This document shows positions 37,301-50,274 of a DNA stretch of 64,000 nucleotides, in pieces. The first letter of the stretch is position 1. Each line of letters begins with the position of its first letter. The notes under the pieces are model-generated. The model searched no databases. It was given only the letters and a program-made list of their open reading frames with translations, and was not told the origin of the DNA. The translations under genes were made by a program, and so were the position numbers. This stretch comes from Tubulanus polymorphus (Eukaryota; Animalia; Nemertea): positions 7,404,850 to 7,468,849 of the forward strand of contig NC_134029.1 in the NCBI RefSeq assembly GCF_964204645.1, written 5' to 3'.

Positions 37301-40300
37301 GATGTTGCTAATATTGATAGATATTTCCGCATAATGTATACACAACGATCCGCTGTTGGAAAATTTTCATTTTCCAGGCACAGGCATTTCAAAAGAAAAA
37401 TGTATACTCAGCAAACAATATCCTAGAAACCGGATATACGAATTTAAATTTTTTGCCGATTGCATCGTTTGTGCGAGCTAGTTCCAGCCCAATATCAAGA
37501 CTCCGAATGGATATTTGCAAAATGATAAGTTTTTTTTTTCAAAATCTGATCTAACTAATGTTATTTTCTTCGACAGAACTGAAGACGAGCGAGTCTCAAC
37601 TGTCAGCATTACGTCTTCTGGTGTCTCTGTTACCCGTTCCGAACAGGGATACTCTGTGGGCTCTCGTGAAGTTTTTACTAAAAGTCTCCGAACATTCCAG
37701 TCCTACTTTCGATGAAACTGGCCAAGAGGTAATATCATGTACAGTTTGCACACGGCAAACTATGTCTAATTCTAGAATTGTTCAGAGTATCAAAAGCTTT
37801 TGCTTTTCTTTTAAATCGAAATATCCTCACATTTACAGCTTCCCGGTAACAAAATGGACACGCATAACCTCGCCACGTTATTCGGGCCGAATATTTTGCA
37901 CAAAATCAAGGGTGGAGCTAGTCAAGAGTTTCAAGTAGAAAGCATGGATCGTGCCGAGGAGAGACGCGAAATAATAACGTGTATTCAGGATCTCATTGAA
38001 CATCATACCAAAATATTTCAGGTACTTTCCTTTAAAAAAAGGTTCACTATTGATATAAATGTCGAGTAACACTCTATGAACCATGAAGGGGCAGGTTACA
38101 TTTCATCTGTAGTAACCTCCCGCTCGGTCGAATAGGATTGATCATAGCGTCAAAACTGAAAAACTTAAGACACTGGATTTCACCTAAAAATTCGTTTCGT
38201 GAGGTATTCATTACGTATTTCCTCACTTCGAAGAACATTTTTTGTGTCTAATATAAGCTCCTCATTCATTGTTATATTGGCTATACAACCGAGAATGAAC
38301 TGGTCTTAAATCTAGGACATGATTGTGCAACTGGCCTCGGGTTCTATATTTCCTTCGTTGAGTGAAGAGAAAAATATCTGACAGATTTTGATTTGCGCAT
38401 TTAAAACACCCTTAGTGTGATTTAGAAGTATGAAATATGGTAAGGAAAACTATATCACTTTTTAGATTCTTTGTTTAGATTTTTATCTTTTACGCACATA
38501 TTCTATCAAACTATGACGTATTCGAGATAACGCTTTGATAGAATTTTACGCTATGATATTTCGATTTAGTTGGCTCATTTGCTACGCGTTTATACGCACG
38601 CGGCCCCGCTGATGATTAGTTTCTAAGACTGGAAGTGAAGAAAAACACCTGATAGATTGATGTAGAATACACAAGTACACTTATCCTGGCACCGAGATAA
38701 GCCTCTCAGACATAGCTTTTCAAAACTACCGGTAATAATGCCGGTCTATTTCTGCAAATGCCAGTATTATTTATAGAGCGAACAGTTCTCGACTGCTTGT
38801 TGGTTAATCTACGCAAAGCCACAGGTTGAAAAACTAACATCAACAGCGCGCGGCGAAACGATCACCGCTCGCCCTGCATAAAAACAGCTTTTCTATCTAC
38901 TCGAAAACTAATAATATAATGTTCTCGATTCGTTATCGAGCTAAAATTATATAAATGAACGATAATTACGGCTTGATAGCGATGTTCGTTGTCGAGCCGC
39001 AAATAGAACGTGGCTGTAAAAAAAAATCCTCCGATAATACAGTGCAACCATTCTCCTAATCCGACATCGTTAAAGCGGCAAATGAAAAAAAATCATACAG
39101 CACAGTTTGAAGCGAAGGAAAGAACAATCATTTTCATTCATTTTGAAAAAATCAGCGAAAATTAACCGAAAGATCTACAGGAGCTAGCGATACCAATAGA
39201 TTGCCCAAAATAGATTTATTTTTGTGTTGGTACAGTAAACCAAAAATGTCCATTGACTCGGTTCTCAAATTCATGATGATTGACTATAAAGTGAACCAAT
39301 TCTGTCTTTTCGATTCCCAAGTAATTCACATAGCGTAAAAACAGTGGTTCGAGATTAACTCAATTTCTCCGTGTTCCATGTCCTGCAGGTACCAGCGGAA
39401 CTTCATGATGATATTCTGCGACATTTACTCGATACGAAACCGGATGCCATAGATTATCTACTGAATCAAATGACCCACAATCATCAAATTAGGTAATATC
39501 TCGAAGAAGCCTTTTATTGTAAACTGTTGCAAAGATTGAATTCGATGGGTAATCTAACGTGATTTTTTCTCATTTTTAATTCAGCATCGAAATCGACCCC
39601 GATACGAGTGTCACCTTTGAGGAGATCGTATATCCAGAAAATCAGACCGGTTCGCGATGTCTGAGAAGGACAGAGACTTTTAACGGTCAACAGAGGGATT
39701 CCCCGCACCGCTCGCTGAGACAGACTCTAAGTTCCGACGGAACAGCGGCGACTGCGGCGGCGAAAGATTACCTAAGAGTTCCCGTACGAAGAGCGACTCG
39801 ATGCAGAATTAGCGACAATCTTAAAAATATTTACCGCAGAAGCGCCCCGGAAGGTTCTTTAGTAACGGAGGACGAGTGTGCATCGTCGGGTAAAAACAAG
39901 GAACCTGTACTCGAGCCAGCTGGATCGGCGAGCTCGAGTATTCAATCGCTGGAGGTCCCGAACGTCATCAGTCCGAGACGACGTCGACATTTTCGCGAAA
40001 AACGAACGCCGAATTTGACGATAAATATCGCCGAAGAACTCAGCGGTAGTACATCGTCTGGTTATTCTAGTCAACGATCGCCGTCTTGTTCGAAAGATTT
40101 CAATAGCTCAACCAGTTCGTTGAGTAGCTACAATCCCAGCTCATCCCGCTGTAGCTTGAGCCCGGCTCGACATCCACCGGTGGAGATCCACCGTTGGTCG
40201 TTGTCGCCTCCGGCTAACTCGTCGTCGGCAAAATCGAATCCGAACTCTCCGAGGATTCATAGCAGGGACTATAAATACGCTACCAGTTCGTTAACGCGGC

Positions 40301-40443
40301 CGCTCGGCGTTCACGCGGTCGAAACGAGAGGTGATGAGGATCCTCCAGTTGGTTCGGTCGAGTGGCAACGTGAAAGATGGCGTCACTGGCAAACACTTGC
40401 CAGACGGGTTGACGATTCCGACGAACAAGAAACCCTTGTTTAA
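28348..40443 (+). CDS. ARHGAP6: Rho GTPase-activating protein, ARHGAP6/ARHGAP36 family, ~1093 aa from the ATG at 28348 (start uncertain; frame is open from 28069)
   Basis: Exons 28348-29412, 30650-30806, 32743-32874, 35089-35215, 35746-35827, 36357-36570, 36765-36820, 36935-37085, 37577-37728, 37839-38021, 39389-39492, 39585-40443 (3282 nt, in frame). Motifs: [12 protein letters not shown]...[10 protein letters not shown]...[44 protein letters not shown] (arginine finger), [35 protein letters not shown]-terminal ETLV. Confidence 0.88.
33555..33801. mobile_element. MITE with CAGGGGCGGAT termini in a RhoGAP intron
   Basis: caggggcggat ... atccgcccctg; flanks attac / gttac (5-bp TSD with one mismatch). 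Confidence 0.7.
35233..35601. mobile_element. PIF/Harbinger-like MITE in a RhoGAP intron
   Basis: 17-bp TIRs agccgcgttcacacgac / gtcgtgtgaacgcgcct (1 mismatch) flanked on both sides by ATA (3-bp TSD). Confidence 0.75.
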
Positions 40444-40450
40444 ATCATTT

Positions 40451-40729
40451 TAGGGGCGTAGCCAGGATTTTCAGGGGGTTCATTTTTCTAGAAAGAGGAA
40501 CTTGCACCTGTCATTATGGAAACAGAACGCGAGTGCCAAAGGCATGATGTCGGTAAGGAGGGTATGGCAGTCTTCCCCAGAAGATCTTAGAAAAGTAGTG
40601 AGATGAGTTCTCAAAGGGTGTAAAGGGTCAAATTGTATCTTTTATTCATAGAATATTTCGGGGCCCAAAATAGCGAAACTCTTTAATTCTTTTCTCGTGA
40701 ACCCTGGAAAACTCTCTGGCTACACCCTG
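40451..40729. mobile_element. MITE with 5-bp TSD starting 7 bp after the RhoGAP stop codon
   Basis: taggggcgtagccag ... ctggctacaccctg; CATTT flanks both ends (40446-40450, 40730-40734). Confidence 0.65.
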
Positions 40730-41613
40730 CATTTAACCACGCTTTAGATACAAATTACTTTCAGTATTATAATCCCATCTCTCTTGATGAGCTGGCTTCT
40801 TTTGCTAGAAATATGTTGAGCACTGCCATGCCACACTGGTAGACTATATCGCGACGGAAATCAACGAATCGCTTTTGAGAATTGTTTGATCCTTTCGATC
40901 CTTTACATTCGTTTTCGTGTGTAAATAGAATGTTACATTAGCGACATGATGATTGTAAGGATATGGATTAACAAGCTAAAGCATGGAATTAGTTCTCTAC
41001 TTAATTGATTTAAATTGTAAATTTATGCTTTTGTCATCCTAGTGTTAAGAGATGAATCGCTCATTAAGAATGTTATTCGTTGTTTACATTTTTGGTCAAT
41101 TGTATTTTATACAATCATGAATTAATTATGGTGCTACTTGACCCGTTGTAAGATTTCATTAAAATCATATTGTAATGATATTGTTATATTACGTATAAAT
41201 ACTCATATACATGTACTTGTAAATTTGTTCAATATTATTCTAAGATGTTATTTTTGTACAGTTGAATACCAAATGTCATTATATCATCGGGAAAGGCTGT
41301 CTCTGTGGTTCCCTGTAAATTCCCCCCAGAATTTCAATGGCTTAACCCGAATACTTAACGGTACGTACTTAAATTTCGGTTTGATAGATGCGTCTTCTCC
41401 GGAAGGGTAGCGATCGAGTAGGGGTAAAGCGAATTTCGGAGTTACGGAGAAGATCGTCGTGGATGATTCAAGACGCCCGTATCGATCGTCTGCGTTCAAA
41501 TTCGAGAACCGAGCGCAGTATAACCAATATTTACAGGGTTCGAATCATATATTGTGCTTATCGTTATAATTCTGATATATATCATCTAAGCTGTCCAAAT
41601 TATTGTATGATTG

Positions 41614-41619
41614 AATAAA
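41614..41619 (+). terminator. Candidate polyadenylation signal of the RhoGAP gene
   Basis: AATAAA about 1.2 kb after the stop codon, following an AT-rich UTR-like stretch. Confidence 0.4.
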
Positions 41620-42200
41620 AAAGCAGGAGCAAATTTGTCTTCACTAGCCGTTTTCAAGTTGATGTCTTTCCGTAAAAGGTAATTTCTTTGAGTAGAGGGG
41701 TGCGCTAGCAGAGTCGGACTTCCCACTGGAAACAACTCTCCCTCTATCGTAATTCGAATCTACAATGGCAGCTATAAACAAGGCGAAGGACACAAAAAAG
41801 CGTGGCACAGAGATGAAATGTCCTATTAGTTTGTAAATGGGATCGCCGCATAAGAAGCAAACGCTCCAGACGTGTCAATCATAATATTCGATCGACATCG
41901 TTAGCGAAAGATTTTCTCATCAAATCAAAGGTATTCATGTTACATCTTAGCCACATCACAGGTTCCGCCGAGTCGAATCATAAAATTGAATCAAATCATT
42001 GCTTCTATCATGCTTGGTTTTCCCACGACTAAATATAACTAAATACGCAGTAAAAAAAAATACGCAGTAAAAATGTATTTAATATTCATATATCTATATA
42101 CAGAGGTTTAGCGTTTCGCATTCAGCTCACATGATATATACATATTATGTTCGAACATGAGCGCGGCAAAAATTGACAGGAATGTGTATATACGATCCCT

Positions 42201-43311
42201 TCACGAACCAGGAAGCGTTGGGCCACCGCCTTGATAATTCCCAGATATCGTCGCACCGCTGAAGTCAAAACCGGGATTCTGAAATCACAAACAAAGTCAA
42301 TGAAACGAAGGAGACGAACTAATTTCCTTTTCGAAATCAGAAATAGATAATTGAAAAAACTAAACCTCAAATTGAAATCTCTGTAGAGTCATCTTCTGCG
42401 AAATTTTGTCGAAGGTGATCGCATCGGCTTCGTATTGATTTTCTAACAGCGATTTCCAAATATTCGACGCGGAAGGTTCAGATTTTGGCAAACATATTTG
42501 AATTCGTTTTCTATCTTCTGTAAAAGTGTGAAAGCAAGGTATAATTCAAAATCACGTGGACATTTAGTTTACGAATTACACGTAATCTCACGTACCAAGA
42601 GTCCAACAACTTTCGTCGCTATGAATAGGCTTTGGGAACGTTCCCTGCAAATGAAAATGGAGAAATTTTCTTGAAGAACAAATAAAGTAGAATAATTAAA
42701 TACATATTTCAAAAACAAACCGGCAACTTTTGACCGAATTTGGTATTGAATTATCTCTCATACCGGATGAATCGAAATATTGATTTTTCTGGCTCAGTCA
42801 AAGTTTGTTATGAAGCTATTTTGCACATCACAGCATCCAAGGGAGAATAGGAAAATTGGAAGGCGGGGGTCCATGGAAGAAAATAAAAAGCAACCATGTC
42901 AAAGGCCACTAGCAAGGTGCCACCCTCGTTAAGATGTTTCTCGTTAAGAAATAGTAGTTAAAAATGCAAATTTCAATACGGTGTCAAATTCAGTGGGAAG
43001 GCAAGGGTCCGGCCCCCCCGAGACCACCCTGTTAATCCGCCCCTGTCGTGCCATAGTAGCCAACAAGCATCTTAATTTTCAGCTTAACAACTTGAGGCAA
43101 CAAAGAACGACAAATCGAAACTCACCTTTATCATGATATTTCCACGATTTTCCACAGAAATCGATTTATTGGTGATTTTTATTTTCAGATCAGACGATTT
43201 AGTTCCTTCCGGTACATCAACCTCTATGAATACCTCTTCTATAGTTTGGTACCATCGGCCCCAATTTGTGGGAACGCTTATTATTCCGCTTCTTTCCTCG
43301 AAGTTACTCAT
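42201..43311 (-). CDS. NUDCD2: NudC domain-containing protein 2 (CS/p23 domain co-chaperone), 4 coding exons, 154 aa
   Basis: Exons 43311-43126, 42644-42596, 42517-42366, 42278-42201 (465 nt, GT-AG). Translation MSNFEERSGIISVPTNWGRWYQTIEEVFIEV...GTFPKPIHSDESCWTLEDRKRIQI...WKSLLENQYEAD...MTLQRFQFENPGFDFSGATISGNYQGGGP matches NUDCD2. Probable non-coding exon 1 ends at tandem donors near 43950. Confidence 0.93.
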
Positions 43312-43596
43312 TTTCTGAAAGAATGCGATACTTGATTAGATATTGAAATACGTATAACTTAAGTCATTTTTTAATAACCCGGGCACTGATACACACCCCC
43401 CTCCCCATAATTCTGCAAAAATTCTCATCAAATTGGAAAACATTTTCGTTAGTCCTCCTTTTCATCACAATTTTTCAACAAAGTTTTTTTTTGTTATGCC
43501 CGTCTTTCAAACTAGGTGCTTGTAAAAGTTATGTTCTCGTGAATCCCAAAAAAAGTTTTTGTTTTTCATTTGATCCCTGGTCACAATTTGCTTAAC

Positions 43597-43680
43597 TTTT
43601 AAATTTTTTTTCTGCGGTCCTTCCGAGGTTTTATGTGGAAAATACTCGAATAATAAAAAATTTATTCATCAATTCTCTGT
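43597..43680 (-). repeat. Dispersed repeat, copy 2 (related to ~8720-8806)
   Basis: Reverse complement shares tattttccac(at)aaaacctcggaaggac...tttaaaag with 8761-8806. Confidence 0.6.
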
Positions 43681-43786
43681 GACTGTTCCATTATCTCATA
43701 GTATAAGTAACATATTTTTCGGATAATTTAGCGCAGATTATTCTGTTATAGTCACACAAAAACGCATTTCGTTTTCAGTACAAAGA

Positions 43787-43908
43787 GGATTCGAACCCAT
43801 TGAAATCAAGTTTTAGTTGACAAATGGACTGGTTGTCGGTCTCTCAGCATTAGTACACAGGCAACCAGTCTAGTCTTACACCGACAATATAAATTTGGGT
43901 TCGAATCC
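43787..43908. repeat. Degenerate palindrome with outward-facing B-box-like ends (tRNA/SINE-like)
   Basis: ggattcgaaccca (43787-43799) / tgggttcgaatcc (43896-43908) perfect 13-bp IR, with inner IR gactggttg / caaccagtc. Confidence 0.55.
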
Positions 43909-46900
43909 GCATTAGGACCTATCGCAGAAAAATACTATACAATGCTTACCTTACCACATAAATCAGTCACGTAAACTATATCTATACGATCTATGATCGT
44001 AACATGGAATACTCAATGTGCTGCATTTTTCGATTCCTTTTCTTTCTAGCAATGGCATTTCCGGGTCACACAACCTTGGCTTAGTCGTTTCTTTACCGGA
44101 GAATATCAATCGAAGTTAGCACAGTCTATGAACTTATACTTGATTATTCTTGTGTATGATACATGTTAAAGTTTTATTCTTTCATTTTTCTGATTCGCGG
44201 GCATTCGTTTCGTTAAACTATAAACTGATCTGATAATCTAGAATTAATTAATTTTTCTGACGACAGTGTCGTATATTTGGGAAAGGTGGCGCCGTCGTCG
44301 TATCGTCCGCGTTTGTTTCGATATGGGCGTATCGCATCAATTCATCATAAATTATCTTGCAATAAGCGTTCGAACAGAAGTTGTCATTCCTATCGTGCTT
44401 ATTATTCGAATAGAATCAATGCTTAGCATAATTTTCTAAGATACCAGAAAAAAAACCGTTTCCATAGAATCATTATAATGTTTCGCTAAAAGCTTGCCCG
44501 ATACACAGTAGATAAAAGAGAAATTCTGTGAATAAGTTACCGCATCTTTGTTTTTTTTGCTTTTACGACGCTAAGATCTTGGTTTCCCAAGACTAACCCA
44601 ATTGGACGGCCTTTGAAGTGTTGTCCGCACCAGTAAGCTGAACTCCGGATCCCGCTTGTTACTCAGCACCGATAGTGAATGCAACGTTCCTTCCGATAGA
44701 CACCAAGAGAAAAGTAACTCCAAAATGCAAAAAGTTGTGCTAAAATGTATGCTTGTCTCTGAAATTAATATTGCGAAAAAGGTAGCCTAAGTTGATATCA
44801 TGTTAATACACATACGTACATCCATTTCCGATTCAAAATCGCTACATTCACTGTTCTTTATTCTAGAGCCATTGCCTTTGGGAGCCTGCTTGCTGACAAA
44901 TTCTGTCCTACCTATAAGTTAAGCTTATGCCAACATCATGTATAAAATGTACTCATATTCAAATCTAAAGTTAAAATTCGACTGCCTGATATCAACAGTT
45001 TTAGCAAATCTTTACTTCTCGTAAGCGACGGTCATGACACGAACAATTTACTCGTGGTACATGTCTCGAAAGAGATACCACCTCTCCCCTTGTGTATGAC
45101 GGGAACCGTGTGTGTGCGGAATTAATGACGACAGATTGATGATTCTGGTTAACGCACGCTTCATGATCCCAATCTGACTAACTTCTGATCCAACTGGATT
45201 AGCAACACCAGATAATGACTCGACTCGGATCTTAACTTCTGATACCCGAATAAACTAGGATTTCCACGCGTCGATAAAAGTCGCGCAGTCTCCTCTTTAT
45301 TCTTCCCGCAAACAATTTTTAACAATTATTTCTGGCACTGAGCGGCGAACACTATATTCAAGGAAAATCTCAATGGTATAGGGAAAGAGAAAGGTCACTC
45401 TCTGCAGTCCAGTTGAACGTAATTGGTGAAGTCTGGTTAGATATATGGGAAAAATCACGTCTCCACCATTTATCTCGGAAATGAAGACTCCCTTTCGCCG
45501 GTGTGCGGAGACATCGTGCTGTCAGCCCCATAGCGCGGAATCACTTGGTGGTATGGAAACGAAGCCTATTTGATAGCTAGACTTGTTTCAGGAAGAGCGA
45601 TTTTTCGCTGGCCTGTCAAGCGTGCTTAAAACTTGTCAGGAAACACCTCAGTCAATCAGTTTTTCCGTTCCAACAACTCAGCAAGTGATCTTTCTATTGC
45701 TAACGATTTGCCGAAGATTGGGCCAATTATCCTCGTACATGCGTGCCCTAACAAAGTACGGTACGCGAATGTTTGCCTTCGAAATGGGCAGAAATAAAAT
45801 CATTAAAACTCTTAATTTCTGCGCTGATTGAGTTAATTTGCTTTGTTGTAACTATTTGATCGTCTGGTAGGCGAACATCAAATGAGGAGAGGGAATTCAC
45901 ACAAATCAGATCAACGTAAAAGACGTTCAAACGATACGTCTTTCCGTGAAAAATGAACGTCTACGTATGTTTCTTTTCTTCAAAAACGTTCGTGGTGGTA
46001 TGAAATAATTGCCTTGATCAGGATGGCACTGTAAGGATCGGTCACAATTAAAAATAGAGAAATACAGAGAAAAATCTAAGCAATTCTCCTGTCAAAATAT
46101 CTATGCAGGTGAAGATGATGCAAAAATGAAGATGTCGGTTTCATTTTCCATAATTTCTTTTCTGAAATAAAAACGTGGTATTGCTGTACGAAATGCATAA
46201 ACTTGTAACTTGGATTTTCCGAATAGTTTCTATTGACTATTGTCGCTATTTTTAGAAAAATGATCGAAGCAATGCCAAATCAATATAGGCAATCTTAGTT
46301 GTTTTCTTCTCAGAAAGAAAAGTGTATTGAACATACGTTAATGCTACAAAACTATACCTTGATTTTATCTAAAAATCGTTTGTAGTAACTTTGTGGCTAT
46401 TTCTTTGACTCTCCAATAACTTCCGTGATACTCCTCGATATAACCAGTAGTGTTACTTTTTCTCTAAACACTTTCAATCTGAATATGCCATCATTATTTC
46501 AAAGTCAAACGAACCCTCGAAATGTCGAAGATTCGCGTGTGCAGATATCATTTGCCCTCGAACCGTATCAAAAAGTTCGAAAATGCTCTTACGACTTGCC
46601 GGAGGATTTGCCAGAGGATTTGAACCGAGAAATTCAGAAATTTGTAAAGACAGTTGATGGCTGATGCCTGACACGAGCGCCGTTATAATGAAACAATTTG
46701 CCGTTAGTCAAGCGCGTAATAGAATATAACATTTCACTCGGACAGGGTTGTCACAAATCACTTTTTGTTCTACATCGGTTTACGCAGTATCAACGAGTCC
46801 TCGGGGAATTTCAGAAATGCCAGGAGAAATGGGAAACGTCTGAAATCGAAACAAACTTGGGCCACTTCGAGTTCCACAGTTATAGGTGAGACTATGATTA

Positions 46901-49204
46901 TGTAGAGAGAATCCCACAATGATAACGAAAAAAAGTCCAAAAATGTTACTGGAGATATTATTCAACCTTTCGACTTTTTTATATTTTACATGTAGTCGTC
47001 TTCAGGAATATTATGATTGTGTCTTCCGCAAAGTCAAACAGTGTGGAAAGTGGGTCCTGAGATATAAACCAATTGAATCGTGCCTTTGACAGCAACTCAA
47101 TAAAACAGACCTATTATTATCAAATCTATGAAAGATTGTCATACAAGTATTATAATTACTTTGAGGAAATAAAATAATAATAATAATAGTTAAATAAAAC
47201 AGACCGGTCTATGAATACCGTTTATGCTCAGTCTTAATCGGCTTAATTCGTTACCTAGAAATGTAATACATGATCTAGTCTAACTTCTTCGAGATACGTT
47301 CTTTCAAATATAAACAGTGTCATCGATTTCGAGAGAAACGTCGCCGAGAAACTAATGATAATTTTTACTTCGCAATCACGTTCGTCGCAAGTATCGCGGG
47401 TTGTTTTTGTGTAATACAAGACGGAGGAGAGAGAGAGAGAGGCTTTCAGAGAAAACTGATGATAATTTTGCTTTTTCGATTCAGTGCTTTATCTGCTAGA
47501 TCAGTTGATCGACATTAATAACGTAATTAACAGCCGAGATGCGGGATATTCTTTTTTTCATGTACAGTAACACTCTTCTCTCGTGTCGCGCTACGCGTGT
47601 GTGAATTTCTGCTAGAACGATCGCGAGATTATCCGGTTAACGGATTAATTATGACTTCCTAATATCACAGGATTAATGAAATTTGACGCTGCCAAGAGAT
47701 TTCTGTGTCTAGAGCAGAATTCCGGCTGATTGCAACGACTCGAGGAACGGATATTGGCGGTTTATAAGAAAAAAAACAACGGAAATAGAGCATATTCTGA
47801 GTGTACCTGAATGTTGATAGCGGGTTTCACCACATTTTGAATTTCCAGTGTTGCCTCACATTTGCCGATTCAATACGCGCCAAAAATGTATATGCAAATT
47901 AAACGGTAATTCCTCAATCCTACCGGGGACTGGGTTTGCTGTAGAATGCTGGAGAAAATGAACTTTTCGAGCGAAGCGAAAATCTCTCATCAATATCCCG
48001 GACTTTGTGTAATCCTTGTCGGGACTGACCATCATCCGTTTCTCGTTTAATTTTAATGGAAAAACCACCGTTGGAAATCCCCCCGACGAAGGTCCTCTGA
48101 TCCCCGGTGACAAAGTACGTGTTTAATCGCGCGGTTGAACACTTTAAAACGCGTCATAAATCATTTTGAAACCGCCTCGAATCACTGTTAATTTGGTCAG
48201 TAACAGCCGCGCAGACCGCGTTGCAAACGGTTAATTAATAATCGGCAATTAATCATTGTATCAAAAATTTTAAATCACACTCGCTCCGTATAACATGATG
48301 AATATTCTGCCGCTTGACGCCGATCCAGGGAGCAAAATCTCGGGCCATTAATCTTTTACTATAATTTTTACTAATTGAAGTAGCTCGTGTTTCATCATAA
48401 CGGTGATAATTTATGAAATTAAAAGACGCTTGGCAATGTCGGCTTCGAATTCATGATTTTATTGATACGTTTCTAATCGAATTAGATTTTAGCGAAAAAA
48501 TCTCTGTTTCGTTCGAAAAAAAACAGTCACGTGCTGCGATGAACTAAAAAACCTATCGTCACTACGGTACAGCAACGTTCAGTAACAATGCACGCGAGCA
48601 GCTTTCGCTCTCTCTCCCTCTCTTGATCAAGTAAATGACTTAGCGATTTAGACGCTAAGAAATCGTCTTTGAGTGGCGTTAGAATTGATGATTTAATTAT
48701 GATATTAGATATTGCATATCGTGTCAGTAGACGCGAAAGCTGATTGCAATGGCTTTTGTGTATGACGGTGCGTACTGTATCATCACGTGACTACATCATC
48801 CGCGCGGTGACAAACCGTCAGTGACCGGTGTCAGCTAAGCTCCACCAGAAAACACGCAATCAGATATTGAGTTATAATTCCACCTACACAGGTTTTATGT
48901 TAGAGAGACTCTAATACGGAACTTCATTAATTCTGTCGGTACATTGCGACGACTTTCGTAGACTTCTGTTTTGTTGCGGAGAGCTACCGGTAATTTCGCC
49001 AATACACGAGGAAACTCAAGCATCCGTAGGACTGTGAAAATCCTTCTAAATGCTTCACATCCTTCCGGAATCCATCTTTTATTGGATATATGTATTGCTT
49101 TACATTATCAACAATGAGTAACGTAACATAGATAATATGATACATGTACTAAGGAATAATGAAGCTTATTTAATTCAAAGTGTATCGGTAATTGAATTGA
49201 ATTG

Positions 49205-49425
49205 TTATGAATTGACCGGCCACCAGTCTAGCCCAAATATTGATGACTTAGTGCACATCAATCCACACAATATTCTAATACACCATTGAAAATGCATGGA
49301 AATTCATTAAATAGAAAATGAGTGCCATGAAGTTCAATTGATAGCAAAGTAAGCGCTAATTCTTACAATTGTAATTGTTATTTTGAAAGGCCAATATTGA
49401 TGACGTAGTGCACATCGACTCACAT
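49205..49425 (+). repeat. Dispersed ~200-bp repeat, copy 2 (copy 1 at ~22250-22455)
   Basis: Same two conserved blocks as 22250-22455. Confidence 0.7.
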
Positions 49426-49982
49426 TGAATAACGCATATAGAAGTTATCAACTCGATTTTATCTACGATGTATGTATATAGAGATTTTTTGTTTATCAAA
49501 AGTGACTTCAGAATTAGAAGATAGCAATATTTTTAAGGGTGATTTTTCTAGCTTTACCGTGCTCTGCGTGACCCATACGATCAACCTCCCAATATCTCCA
49601 CCGATGTCTAAATCTTAATAATTAATACGCGATGACATTCGATAAATCTATCGAAGTGACGGACAATGCCGTGACAATCTTCCTAAAAGCCTTCAAGCAT
49701 ACAAAATATGAGCCTTAACGAGCTGATGTAGAGCTTTCATGCCACTCTGCCAAATGCACATATCTTGTTTGATACCACACGATCTGCCATCCCGCGATTT
49801 CGTTTTATCTATTTACGGCTAACGAAGTGATTCCACGTTTTATGATTAACAACTTTGATCACTACTGGCTGACAACGAGTCGTGTGTACAAAGACACCGC
49901 AGAGAAACCATCAATCCCCGAGCTTTTAGCTTCGACCAGCGTAGAGGGTTGCGCAACACTTTCTCTCTCTTTCTACAAAATC

Positions 49983-50274
49983 CAGGGGTGGATCCAAAGG
50001 GGTGATCAAACGGATCCGTCCTCCCAACGTCCTCCCCATATTTTTGCCAAGACAAAATTTTCACAACCTGGCTTAAGAAAGTTACACGTACAGTGTCTAA
50101 TTATTGCCGATCGGAATCATTCTAGATGCTCAGAAAATGATCCATTTTTTCAAAACATTATTGGGGAGGACCCTGAAAACCACCAGCGCTCCGTCATGTA
50201 CCAAGTACATGTATACAACTAAGCCTCGGATTTTTGCCCCCTCCCCCCATTCAAAATTCCCGGATCCATCCCTG
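49983..50274. mobile_element. MITE with CAGGG.TGGATCC termini
   Basis: caggggtggatcc / ggatccatccctg (13-bp TIR, 1 mismatch); same terminal style as 33555-33801; no clean TSD. Confidence 0.65.

Noticed and set aside
43787-43908. Intact tRNA gene
   Set aside because: B-box present but no cloverleaf (no acceptor or anticodon stems) could be formed.
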